This document shows positions 37,923 to 47,092 of a DNA stretch of 64,000 bases, one piece after another. Position 1 is the stretch's first letter; each line of letters begins with the position of its first letter. The notes under the pieces were generated by a model that saw only the letters and a list, made by a program, of their open reading frames with translations, had not been told where the DNA came from and did not search any database. The translations under genes were made by a program, and so were the position numbers. Origin of the DNA: an uncultured Cytophagia bacterium (GTDB taxonomy: Bacteria > Zhuqueibacterota > Zhuqueibacteria > Residuimicrobiales > Residuimicrobiaceae); NCBI GenBank assembly GCA_964541895.1, contig CAZISM010000013.1, forward strand, positions 8,348 to 72,347, in the 5' to 3' direction.

Positions 37923-39265
37923 AACCTGTATCACCCACAATTTTGCTGGTCAATCCCTGGATCTATGACTTTGCCGCTTATGATTTCTGGAACAAACCGC
38001 TGGGACTCTTGAGCATCGGCGGTGTCCTCCATGCTCTTGGCTATGATGTCCGGCTGCTGGACTGTCTGGACCGCGGCCGAGCCCCCGCTTCCATCCCCAT
38101 GCCGGTCAAACCGGATGGCACCGGCAAATACCATCGGGAACAGATTGAAAAGCCGGCTGCTCTGGCAGAGGTGCCGCGACATTACTGCCGTTACGGATTG
38201 TCGCTCGAGGTGGTAGAGCAGAGGCTCGCCGACCTGCCGCCACCGCAGGTTATACTGGTGACCTCGTTCATGACCTACTGGTATCCTGCTGTGCGCGATT
38301 TGGTGCATCTGCTGCGGGAGCATTTTCCACGGGCTCCAATACTGCTGGGCGGAATTTATGCCACCTTGTGCGCACAACATGCACGGCAGCATGTTCAGCC
38401 GAACTGCCTCATAGAAGGCGAGGGCGAGATCGCGGCGGTGCGACAGGTGGCGGCCTGGACCGGCGGGCCTGGCCGGGATTTCAGCTATCAGGTGTTGGAT
38501 GAACTCCCCTTAACACCCTGGCAGCTCTATCCCGAGTTGCATTCAGCCGCCATAGTAACCAGTCGGGGTTGCCCCTTTCGCTGCAGTTATTGCGCTTCGC
38601 GGCTGTTGTCTGCCGGCTTCCGCCGCCGTTCTTTGGCTCATATCGCGTCCGAGTTGGACCTGCTGGCGGCCCGGCAGGTCAGGCACATAGCCTTTTTCGA
38701 TGACGCCCTGCTGCATAAAGCGGCAGACCACAGCAAGCCTTTGCTGCGCCGGATTATTCAAAACGGTTATAATTTTACCTTTCATACACCGAACGGCCTG
38801 CACATCAGCGACATCGATCAGGACATGGCGGACTTGATGCATGGCAGTGGTTTTCAATCCATCCGCCTCTCTTTTGAGAGCGCAGATCCAGCCCGGCAGC
38901 AGAACAAGGTCAATAACGATGCGTTGACGCAGGCCCTGCACCATCTGGAACGCGCCGGTTTCCGGCGCTCCGACCTCGGAGTGTATCTGCTGATGGGGCT
39001 GGCTGACCAGGATGCGGCCGAAGTACGGCGCAGTATAGATTTCGTTCATGGGCTGGGCGCCCGTATTTATCTGGCCTCTTTTTCGCCTATTCCGGGTACG
39101 GTGGACGAACAGCGAGCCATAGAGGAGGGGTGGTGGCACCGTGATGAGGAGCTGCTGTCGGCTAACAACTCCATTTATCCTATCTGGCGCAAAAAATATG
39201 ATTTGGCTTTGTGTGCAGAAATTGTAAATTATGCACGGGAGAAGAATAAGGCATTAAAAAATTAA
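37919..39265 (+). CDS. B12-binding-domain radical SAM protein
   Basis: LLVNPWIYDFAAYDFW.KPLGLL, LVTSFMTYWY, LGGIYATL, SRGCPFRCSYCAS, FHTPNGLH. Confidence 0.9.
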   Translation: MKPVSPTILLVNPWIYDFAAYDFWNKPLGLLSIGGVLHALGYDVRLLDCLDRGRAPASIPMPVKPDGTGKYHREQIEKPAALAEVPRHYCRYGLSLEVVEQRLADLPPPQVILVTSFMTYWYPAVRDLVHLLREHFPRAPILLGGIYATLCAQHARQHVQPNCLIEGEGEIAAVRQVAAWTGGPGRDFSYQVLDELPLTPWQLYPELHSAAIVTSRGCPFRCSYCASRLLSAGFRRRSLAHIASELDLLAARQVRHIAFFDDALLHKAADHSKPLLRRIIQNGYNFTFHTPNGLHISDIDQDMADLMHGSGFQSIRLSFESADPARQQNKVNNDALTQALHHLERAGFRRSDLGVYLLMGLADQDAAEVRRSIDFVHGLGARIYLASFSPIPGTVDEQRAIEEGWWHRDEELLSANNSIYPIWRKKYDLALCAEIVNYAREKNKALKN

Positions 39266-39446
39266 AACCTGCATTACGCGGTTCATGATACCAGAGCGGA
39301 GCGACGACGGATTTCATCATCAGGTTGGTTGAACGATAGGTAACAGCGAGACGTGGTCGACATCCTCCGCATGTCATGATCGCCGAGGCAGGATGACAGG
39401 GCGTTTTCGCTTAACGCATCGGCTGGACCTACAAAAGGACGAGACT

Positions 39447-40067
39447 GTGGGACGATTTCACCTTGCCATTGCCGGCAACATCGGTGTTGGAAAAACTACG
39501 CTGACTACCAAGCTGGCCGAGAAGCTGGCTTGGCACGCCTATTTCGAACGGGTGATTGACAATCCGTACCTGGCTGATTTTTATGCGGATATGTCACGCT
39601 GGAGTTTTAACCTGCAGGTCTATTTTCTCTCCCGCCGTTTTATCGACCAGCGCGTCATTTCCGAGAGCATGGAACCGTGTATTCAGGACCGCAGCATCTA
39701 CGAAGACGCGCATATTTTTGCCTACAATTTGCACAAGCAGGGTTTTATGAGCGATCGTGATTTTGAAAACTATCAGGATCTCTTTAAAGCCATGACCGAT
39801 TATCTCCGCAAGCCGGATCTCATCGTTTACCTGAAGGCCAGCACCTGGATGCTCATCTCCCGCATCCGCAAGCGCGGCCGCGATTTTGAAAAGCGTATCT
39901 CCACCGAATACCTGTATCAGCTCAATGACGCCTACGAGCACTGGATCAGGCGGTTGCAGGAGGAGCAGCAGCCGCTGTTGATTATCGACGCCGATGGCAT
40001 TGATTTTGAAAAAAAACCGGCGGATCTTGAAGTGATCGTGGAAAAGATTCGCACCTACCTGCCATGA
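39447..40067 (+). CDS. Deoxynucleoside kinase
   Basis: IAGNIGVGKTT, LQVYFLSRRF, QDRSIYED, RIRKRGRDFE. GTG at 39447 follows AAGGA; the track start at 39393 is an alternative. Confidence 0.9.
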   Translation: MGRFHLAIAGNIGVGKTTLTTKLAEKLAWHAYFERVIDNPYLADFYADMSRWSFNLQVYFLSRRFIDQRVISESMEPCIQDRSIYEDAHIFAYNLHKQGFMSDRDFENYQDLFKAMTDYLRKPDLIVYLKASTWMLISRIRKRGRDFEKRISTEYLYQLNDAYEHWIRRLQEEQQPLLIIDADGIDFEKKPADLEVIVEKIRTYLP

Positions 40068-40864
40068 GCAGCAGCGGCCGTCGCATTCTGGCCTGGCTGA
40101 CGGATTTTGGCAGCAGCGACGGCTATGTCGCGGCCATGAAAGCGACCGCGTTGTCGATCTGTCCCGAGGTGACGCTCGTCGATATCAGCCATGAGATCTC
40201 GCCTGGTGATATCGAACAGGCGGGTTTTGTCCTGTCGCAATGCTGCGAGTTTTTCCCGCACCAGACCATCTTTATCTGTGTGGTCGATCCCGGTGTGGGC
40301 AGCGCGAGAGAAATATTGCTGGTGGAGACCGGCCGGCATATCTATATCGCTCCGGATAATGGCCTGCTGAAATACGTTTTTCAACATGAAGCAGCAGCAG
40401 TGGTAAGCCGTCTCGATCCCTCTGCAGTGTCGCAGCGACCCATCAGTGCCACCTTTCATGGCCGTGATATCATGGCTCCGGCCGCCGGCCTGCTGGCCCA
40501 GGGAACGCCCGCTGCCGCGATATCGCAGCCCTTTGCCGGCTATGTACGCGGCCCGGATGTTGCGGCGACACGGCAGGGCACAGCCATTCATGGTAATGTC
40601 ATTCATATCGATCGCTTTGGCAACTGTATTTCGAATATTCCCGGTGCATGGCTGACAGCCGGCGCCGAGGCCGTCCGCTTCGGTGCCATGTCTGAGCAGG
40701 CGCTGCGCCGCTTTTATGGCGAGGTGCCGCCTGGAGAGCCGATTTGTTTGATCGGCAGTCATGGCTACCTTGAATTGGCCGTTCGCGACGGCCAGGCGGC
40801 GGAACGGTATGGGATCCGGCGCGGCGATCCGGTAACCGTCACCGCAATCGTCGGATCGACTTAA
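40064..40864 (+). CDS. SAM hydrolase / SAM-dependent halogenase family protein (DUF62)
   Basis: LTDFG, VVDPGVGSAR, APDNGLL, TFHGRDI, IDRFGN, GSHGYLELAV. Confidence 0.9.
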   Translation: MSSSGRRILAWLTDFGSSDGYVAAMKATALSICPEVTLVDISHEISPGDIEQAGFVLSQCCEFFPHQTIFICVVDPGVGSAREILLVETGRHIYIAPDNGLLKYVFQHEAAAVVSRLDPSAVSQRPISATFHGRDIMAPAAGLLAQGTPAAAISQPFAGYVRGPDVAATRQGTAIHGNVIHIDRFGNCISNIPGAWLTAGAEAVRFGAMSEQALRRFYGEVPPGEPICLIGSHGYLELAVRDGQAAERYGIRRGDPVTVTAIVGST

Positions 40865-40886
40865 TCAATCGTTCAATGGAATCGAC

Positions 40887-41768
40887 ATGTCAGAACAGTT
40901 CACAAACTGGCCGGAACAGCAGCCCTCGTTCTCAACGCCGGAGAGGCCAAAACGGCGTTTTTTTCGCTTTGGCAGTTTGCCGTTAGACCGCCCGTATATC
41001 AATGTACTTCTTCTTCTCGCCACCATGGTGTCGACCTATGTGACCAACGGTATTTGGTACAGCATAGCCATTATCACCATTTTACTCGCCCATGAAATGG
41101 GGCACTATCTCATGTGTCGTCGTTACGGCGTGCCGGCTACTCTGCCTTTTTTCATTCCCTTCCCGCTGGCTAATCCTTTCGGCACCATGGGCGCCATCAT
41201 TCAGATGAAGGGCATCATCCCGAACCGGCGGGCGCTGTTCGACATCGGCATCGCCGGACCGCTGGCCGGCCTGGTGTTCGCGATCCCGGCCATCCTGATC
41301 GGCTTGAACAGGTCATCCATCGTCGTCGTCGCGGAGATAGGCTCGCCGGGCCTGAAGCTGGGTGAATCGCTGCTGTTTAAACTGCTCTCCTGGTGGGTGG
41401 CAGGACCGGTGCCGGAGGGTTCCGATCTTTTGCTGGATCCTGTCGCCTATGCCGGCTGGGCCGGACTCTTTGTCACCTCCATGAATCTCCTGCCCATCGG
41501 TCAACTGGATGGCGGTCACATCATTTACAGCATCCTGGGCGCCAAAAGCCGCATCGTTACCTATGTATTCCTGGCCGCGCTCGGGGTGCTTTCTTTTTAT
41601 TATAACGGCTGGGTGTTGCTGTTCATTTTGCTGGCCCTGCTGGGTCGACGGCACCCCCTGCCGTGGGACGATTGGACGCCGCTGGACCGGGCCAGAAAAA
41701 TTCTGGGATGGATTATGATGGTGATTTTCGTGCTTTCGTTTACTCCCACACCGTTTATTTTGGATTAG
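40887..41768 (+). CDS. Site-2 protease (peptidase M50)
   Basis: AHEMGH (HExxH), IAGPLAG, NLLPIGQLDGGH. Confidence 0.93.
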   Translation: MSEQFTNWPEQQPSFSTPERPKRRFFRFGSLPLDRPYINVLLLLATMVSTYVTNGIWYSIAIITILLAHEMGHYLMCRRYGVPATLPFFIPFPLANPFGTMGAIIQMKGIIPNRRALFDIGIAGPLAGLVFAIPAILIGLNRSSIVVVAEIGSPGLKLGESLLFKLLSWWVAGPVPEGSDLLLDPVAYAGWAGLFVTSMNLLPIGQLDGGHIIYSILGAKSRIVTYVFLAALGVLSFYYNGWVLLFILLALLGRRHPLPWDDWTPLDRARKILGWIMMVIFVLSFTPTPFILD

Positions 41769-41785
41769 GGATGCACTGAGCCGAT

Positions 41786-42667
41786 ATGAAATCCGAAAGC
41801 GTAAAACACTTTTTCAGGCGCTATCGTTATCTCCTGACGATCGCCGTGCTGCTGGTGATCGGCGAAATCTATTTTTCCATTGCCGAAATTCTTGTGGGTC
41901 GCATCATGCTCTGGACCAACCCGCTGCGTCCCAAGGTGGGAAGGCTCTGGCAGGAAGAGGCCAAAGACGAGGCCGGCAAAACCCAGGTGACCAATCTGGT
42001 GGACTCTTTGTCGCGCACGCCGTTTCGTTCCGGGCCGATTCGCACCCTGGACGACCTGAGGGCCTATGTGACCTTTAAATCACGGGTGGTGCTGGCGCCG
42101 CGGGATTTTGTCACCGTTTACAGTGCGCTGCCGGATTCACAGAGCCGGAATCTGATCGATCCCATGCTGCTGACCGATTTGCAGCGCAACGACTCCTGGC
42201 AAAAGGTCTCCCTCACCGGCGATGAGGGTACGTTGACCTGCATTTTTATGGACGGCTATGGCCAGCCTCTTCTGGTGACACATGCCGGCGGTCAGCCGCT
42301 GCCGGCGGCAAGCGATACGCTCATCTCATCGCAGCTGGAGCAGGATGAAAATTTTCGTTTTCGGCTGGTGCCGCCGCCGCTTTTCATCGCCGCCTACGAA
42401 CGGCTGCCGCGACGATGGCAGCTGCAAATTTTCAACGATCCGGAAAAGTATGCCGGCCTCAAGGATAGTCTGCTGGCGGTGGCGATCGCACCGGTGGTGC
42501 AGAACGGCGCCGTCTACATACTCTGTGAAATTCGCCAGGGCTCAGGCAGCTACGTGATCACCTCTCAGGCCAGCGAAATGGCGGTGCAGTATCTTATCAC
42601 CGCCATCCATGAACAGGGACATCATGAAATAGAACTGGCCATGCCGCGGCGGGAGGTGGAACCATGA
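41786..42667 (+). CDS. Hypothetical membrane-anchored protein with an apparent internal duplication
   Basis: 293-aa ORF with one N-terminal hydrophobic helix; ATGA overlap with the PBP1A gene. Confidence 0.75.
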   Translation: MKSESVKHFFRRYRYLLTIAVLLVIGEIYFSIAEILVGRIMLWTNPLRPKVGRLWQEEAKDEAGKTQVTNLVDSLSRTPFRSGPIRTLDDLRAYVTFKSRVVLAPRDFVTVYSALPDSQSRNLIDPMLLTDLQRNDSWQKVSLTGDEGTLTCIFMDGYGQPLLVTHAGGQPLPAASDTLISSQLEQDENFRFRLVPPPLFIAAYERLPRRWQLQIFNDPEKYAGLKDSLLAVAIAPVVQNGAVYILCEIRQGSGSYVITSQASEMAVQYLITAIHEQGHHEIELAMPRREVEP

Positions 42668-44607
42668 ATCGATGGCTGTTGGCCGCGCTGCTGCTGGTCG
42701 TTATTACCGCCCTTATTGTCGCTTTTATCGGCCTGCTGGCGTTGCCGAGAATCCCGGACGATCTCAATCAAATCGCCCTGAATAATCCCACCATCATTTA
42801 TGGCGATGATGGCCGCATCGTCAAAATGCTTGCCAATCGCCAGGTGGTGAACATCGATCAGGTGGCGCCGCTTTTTCTGCAGGCCACCGTGACCCTGGAA
42901 GATGCCGGATTCTATTCCCACGAGGGATTCAGCAAAAAGGGATTTTTCCGCGCCCTGTGGTCCAATGTGACCAAGATGCGGGTGCGACAGGGCGGCAGCA
43001 CCATCACCCAGCAACTGGCAAAAAATCTGTTTTTTGGATTTGATCGCAGCTGGTGGCGCAAGGTCAAAGAGGCGCTGGTGGCCATGCAGATCGAGCAGCA
43101 ATTCAGCAAGGCCAAGATACTCGAAGCCTATGTCAATCAAATCGACTTTGGTTCCGGCGTTTACGGCGTGGAACTGGCCAGCCAGACCTATTTTGCCAAA
43201 CACGCGCGCGACCTGACGCTGGCGGAAGCCGCCATGCTGGCCGGCATACCGCGCTGGCCCAGCCGGTATAATCCCTTCAGTAACGATAAAGTGGCCCGTG
43301 ACCGGCAGACCTTCGTGTTGCGCAGGATGATGGAGAACGGCGCGATCACACCGGCTCAGATGCAGGCCGGGCTGGCGCAGACTCTGGTCCTCCCTCGTAT
43401 CAATCCCCTGCAGGGCAACGCCGAATATTTTGTTCAGGAGGTGCGGGAACACGGCAAAAGGCAGTTTGGGGCCGATGCCGTCAATTACGGCGGTCTGCAG
43501 ATGTACACCACGTTGAACATTCGTTATCAATACGAAGCCGCCCGCGCCGTCGCTGAGGGATTGGCCAAACTGGATGAAGCCATGGGCTTGCCGCCGTACG
43601 ACGAGGCCGGCTGGGAAGCCAAAGTCCGATATCCGCAGGCAGCGCTGGTGGCGCTGGATCCCCATACCGGCCAGATAAAGGCCATGGTGGGCGGCCGCGA
43701 TTTTCGGCGAGCGCCGCTGAACCGCGCTCTCTCGATCCGCCGGCAAGCCGGTTCGGCGTTTAAGCCGTTTGTTTATTTTTCCGCTCTGGAGACAGCGGGC
43801 GTTACCCCCAAAAGCGTTTATGTGGATGAAGAGATCGAATTTCGCATCGGCCGCCAGGCCTGGTCCCCGGATAATTTCGATCGCCGTTTCCGCGGCCCTC
43901 TGATCCTCAAGGAAGCGTTGGCCCATTCCATCAACGTCATTACCGCCAAGCTGATCGAAGAGGTGACGCCGGCCTTGGTGGTCAAAAATGCCCATCGACT
44001 GGGCATCGAAAGTGAATTGGAAGAAAACCTGGCCCTGGCTTTGGGAACGGCCGGCGTGAATCCGCTGGAAATGGCCGCTGCCTACGCCACCGTTGCCAAC
44101 GGGGGCATGCGTCGTGCGCCCTATTTTATCCGTGAAATTAAAAGCTCGGACCAGCAATTGCTGGAGGAAACGATTCCTAAAAATCAGCGCGTAGCCGAGC
44201 CGCAGATCTGTTTTATGCTGATCGATATGATGCGCGCTGTCATCGATCATGGTACCGCCGCTTCGGTACGGCGTTCGGCTTTTAACCGGCCGGCAGCCGG
44301 CAAGACCGGCACCTCCAGCGATTACCGTGACTGCTGGTTTGTCGGTTTTACACCGGACCTGGTCACCGCGGTTTGGGTCGGTTTCGACGACAACCGGCCG
44401 CTGCGCGACAGCAAGCGCGTCGGCATGACCGGCGACCGGGCGGCCGCCCCCATATGGACGCTGTTCATGCAGCGCGCCCTCGCCACCGAGCCTTACCAGG
44501 AATTTCCCATCCCGGAGGGCATTCGCTTTGAATCCGTGGATCCAGTCACCGGATCCGGCCCCATGCCCGGCGGCGCGGCTGTGGAAGCAGCGATCTGGGA
44601 GAGGTGA
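42664..44607 (+). CDS. Class A penicillin-binding protein (PBP1A family)
   Basis: EDAGFYSHEG, GGSTITQQLAK, RKVKE (transglycosylase); SAFK, SIN, KTG (transpeptidase). Confidence 0.95.
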   Translation: MNRWLLAALLLVVITALIVAFIGLLALPRIPDDLNQIALNNPTIIYGDDGRIVKMLANRQVVNIDQVAPLFLQATVTLEDAGFYSHEGFSKKGFFRALWSNVTKMRVRQGGSTITQQLAKNLFFGFDRSWWRKVKEALVAMQIEQQFSKAKILEAYVNQIDFGSGVYGVELASQTYFAKHARDLTLAEAAMLAGIPRWPSRYNPFSNDKVARDRQTFVLRRMMENGAITPAQMQAGLAQTLVLPRINPLQGNAEYFVQEVREHGKRQFGADAVNYGGLQMYTTLNIRYQYEAARAVAEGLAKLDEAMGLPPYDEAGWEAKVRYPQAALVALDPHTGQIKAMVGGRDFRRAPLNRALSIRRQAGSAFKPFVYFSALETAGVTPKSVYVDEEIEFRIGRQAWSPDNFDRRFRGPLILKEALAHSINVITAKLIEEVTPALVVKNAHRLGIESELEENLALALGTAGVNPLEMAAAYATVANGGMRRAPYFIREIKSSDQQLLEETIPKNQRVAEPQICFMLIDMMRAVIDHGTAASVRRSAFNRPAAGKTGTSSDYRDCWFVGFTPDLVTAVWVGFDDNRPLRDSKRVGMTGDRAAAPIWTLFMQRALATEPYQEFPIPEGIRFESVDPVTGSGPMPGGAAVEAAIWER

Positions 44608-44608
44608 T

Positions 44609-45532
44609 ATGTCTTTTGGGCTGGCCACGATCGGCGAACTGCTTTGGGATGTGTATAAAGAACGACGTTACATCGGCGGCAGCCCGGCCAATGTGGCGCT
44701 CCATCTCCGGCAGTCGGGCGCAGATGTTTTGCTGATCAGCCGGATCGGCTCGGATCAAGCGGGCGATGAATTGCTGGACGCGTTGCGGGCGCGTGACCTG
44801 GACACGGTCGGCGTGCAACGCGATCCGGTGGCGGCCACGGGAGAGGTGCAAATTACAGTAACCCCTGACGGCACTCCAGCCTTTCGCTGTTCGGCGACGG
44901 CAGCTTTTGACGACTTGAGCGAAGAGCCGGCCTGGACGCCCTGGGCCAGGGACATCAAAGCGGTCTATTTTACGGCACGAGGGAGCCGCTCCCCGCATGC
45001 GGCAGCGGCTGTAATAAAATTTTTACGCGCTGCCCCTCAGGCCGTCAAATTCTTCGACGCCAATTTTTCCGGATGGAATACGGATACAGCCCAGCGGGTA
45101 GACGCCTGGCTGAACGCCTGCGACATTGCCAAATTTAACAGCGATGAAATGCACCGGCTGATGCAGGGCTGGGGCAGCCGGGAAACAGAACCAGCCTTTG
45201 CGCGCTGGCTGCTGGAACACTATGGTTTAAAGCTTGTCATACTCACCAACGGTGCGGATGGCTGCCTGGTGATCAGCCCCGGCGGCGTTGTCGAGCATCA
45301 GGGATATCCGGTGACGGTGAAGGACACCACCGGCTGCGGCGATGCCTTTGCGGCCGCGTTTCTGCTTCACTATATGCGCGGCCGAAAGCTCGATGATATC
45401 GTGACCCGTGCCAACGCCCTCGCCGCCTTTGTCGCCTCCCGGGAAGGGGCGGTGCCGCCCTGGCGAGACGAGGATCTCGAAGAGGTGATGGCCGACCAGA
45501 CGGGCACAGGCCCATGGCTGAGCAGCGAATGA
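44609..45532 (+). CDS. PfkB-family carbohydrate kinase (fructokinase-like)
   Basis: IGELLWD, GGSPANVA, SRIGSD..G, DTTGCGDAFAA; ATG at 44609 after GAGG. Confidence 0.9.
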   Translation: MSFGLATIGELLWDVYKERRYIGGSPANVALHLRQSGADVLLISRIGSDQAGDELLDALRARDLDTVGVQRDPVAATGEVQITVTPDGTPAFRCSATAAFDDLSEEPAWTPWARDIKAVYFTARGSRSPHAAAAVIKFLRAAPQAVKFFDANFSGWNTDTAQRVDAWLNACDIAKFNSDEMHRLMQGWGSRETEPAFARWLLEHYGLKLVILTNGADGCLVISPGGVVEHQGYPVTVKDTTGCGDAFAAAFLLHYMRGRKLDDIVTRANALAAFVASREGAVPPWRDEDLEEVMADQTGTGPWLSSE

Positions 45533-45598
45533 ATGCGATGACAGACAAATAACAATAAACAGACAAACAGAGTAATCAACCAAGGACGGAGGAGCCTC

Positions 45599-47092
45599 AT
45601 GCAACAATTCTACCTGATTGACAAGATCATCTTGTTGGTTTACTTTTTCGGCATCACCCTGTTTGGTCTCTACTTTCGCAAAAAAAGCAACACCGCCGAC
45701 GGTTTTATGGTGGCGGCAGGCAAGATTCCAAGTTGGGCGGTGGGGCTCTCCATTCTTGGTACGTTCGTCAGCAGCATCACCTTTCTGGCCTATCCCGGTC
45801 AATCGTACAATTTCAACTGGGATGCGTTTCTCTTCACGCTGACGCTGCCCATCGCCGCGATTGCGGCCGCCTGGTATTTTATCCCCTTGTATCGCAACAA
45901 GATCGGCGTCGCCTCCTACACCTATCTGGAGCAGCGCTTCGGCGGCTGGGCGCGCGTCTATGCCAGCGTCAGCTTCCTCTTTGGCCAGATCACCCGCGTC
46001 GGCATGATCCTGTTTCTGCTGTCGCTGCCGCTGCATAATCTGACCGGTTGGTCCTACCCGGTCATCATCGTCGCTACCGGTCTTTCCGTCATTCTCTACA
46101 CCATGTTCGGCGGCATGGAAGCGGTCATCTGGACCGACGTCATTCAGGTGATCATCCTCTTCGGCGGCGCGCTGACGGCACTCGCCTTTTTGCTGTTTGG
46201 CATGCCGGAAGGCCCGGGACAGGTCATCAGCATTGCGGTCAGCCAGAACAAGTTTTCGCTGGGTAGCTGGAAGTTGGATTTGACGGTCGCCTCCGCCTGG
46301 GTGGTGGTCGCCTATGGCCTGATGGAGAACCTGCGCAATTTCGCCGTGGATCAGAATTTCGTGCAGCGTTACCACACGACGGCTACGGAAAAAGAGGCGG
46401 CCAAATCAGTGTGGACCGCTGTTTGGGGCTATTTCCCGATTTCGGCGTGTTTCCTGTTTATCGGTACCGCTCTCTTTGCCTATTATCAGGTCTATCCGAA
46501 TGCATTGACTCCGGAATTGCAGCAGCCGTTGCAGGGTGATAAAATATTTCCCCATTTTATCACCACCACATTGCCCGTCGGCGTCCGCGGTCTGATTGTG
46601 GCAGCGCTCTTCGCCGCGGCCATGAGCACCATCAGTTCGTGCCTCAATACCATGTCCACCCTGACGCTACTGGATTTCTACAAAAAATATATCAATCCGC
46701 AGGTAAACGACCAAAAAAGCGTTCGCCTGTTGCGGATCTATACGCTGGTGTGGGGTTTGATCGGCACCGTCTCTGGTTTGGCCCTGATCAAGATACAGTC
46801 GGCTCTGGAGACCGGCTGGAAGCTGGGCGGCATTGCCGGCGGTGGCGTCATCGGCCTCTTTTTGCTGGCCATCATGTTTCCCTGGATTACGCGGCCGTTC
46901 GCCATTATTGCCGTGATCGCCAGTGTGCTGAGCATTGCCTGGGCTACCTTTGCACACAATTTGCCGGAAGCCTGGAAATGGCTCGAGTTCCCCTGGCAGA
47001 GCCGCATGATCGGTGTCATCGGCACCATAACCCTTTTGCTGGTCGGCGTTGTGCTGGCTGTAGTGGTGAGAATGTTTAGAAAAAGGAAGTGA
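45599..47092 (+). CDS. Sodium:solute symporter
   Basis: WAVGLSILGTFVSSITFLAYPG, GGMEAVIWTDVIQ, DQNFVQRY, AAAMSTISS. Confidence 0.93.
   Translation: MQQFYLIDKIILLVYFFGITLFGLYFRKKSNTADGFMVAAGKIPSWAVGLSILGTFVSSITFLAYPGQSYNFNWDAFLFTLTLPIAAIAAAWYFIPLYRNKIGVASYTYLEQRFGGWARVYASVSFLFGQITRVGMILFLLSLPLHNLTGWSYPVIIVATGLSVILYTMFGGMEAVIWTDVIQVIILFGGALTALAFLLFGMPEGPGQVISIAVSQNKFSLGSWKLDLTVASAWVVVAYGLMENLRNFAVDQNFVQRYHTTATEKEAAKSVWTAVWGYFPISACFLFIGTALFAYYQVYPNALTPELQQPLQGDKIFPHFITTTLPVGVRGLIVAALFAAAMSTISSCLNTMSTLTLLDFYKKYINPQVNDQKSVRLLRIYTLVWGLIGTVSGLALIKIQSALETGWKLGGIAGGGVIGLFLLAIMFPWITRPFAIIAVIASVLSIAWATFAHNLPEAWKWLEFPWQSRMIGVIGTITLLLVGVVLAVVVRMFRKRK

Noticed and set aside
40064-40864. Fluorinase/chlorinase for halogenated natural products
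   Set aside because: The Asp (VVDPG), Arg (GSAR) and His (TFHG) residues typical of SAM hydroxide adenosyltransferases are present, and there is no biosynthetic cluster around it.
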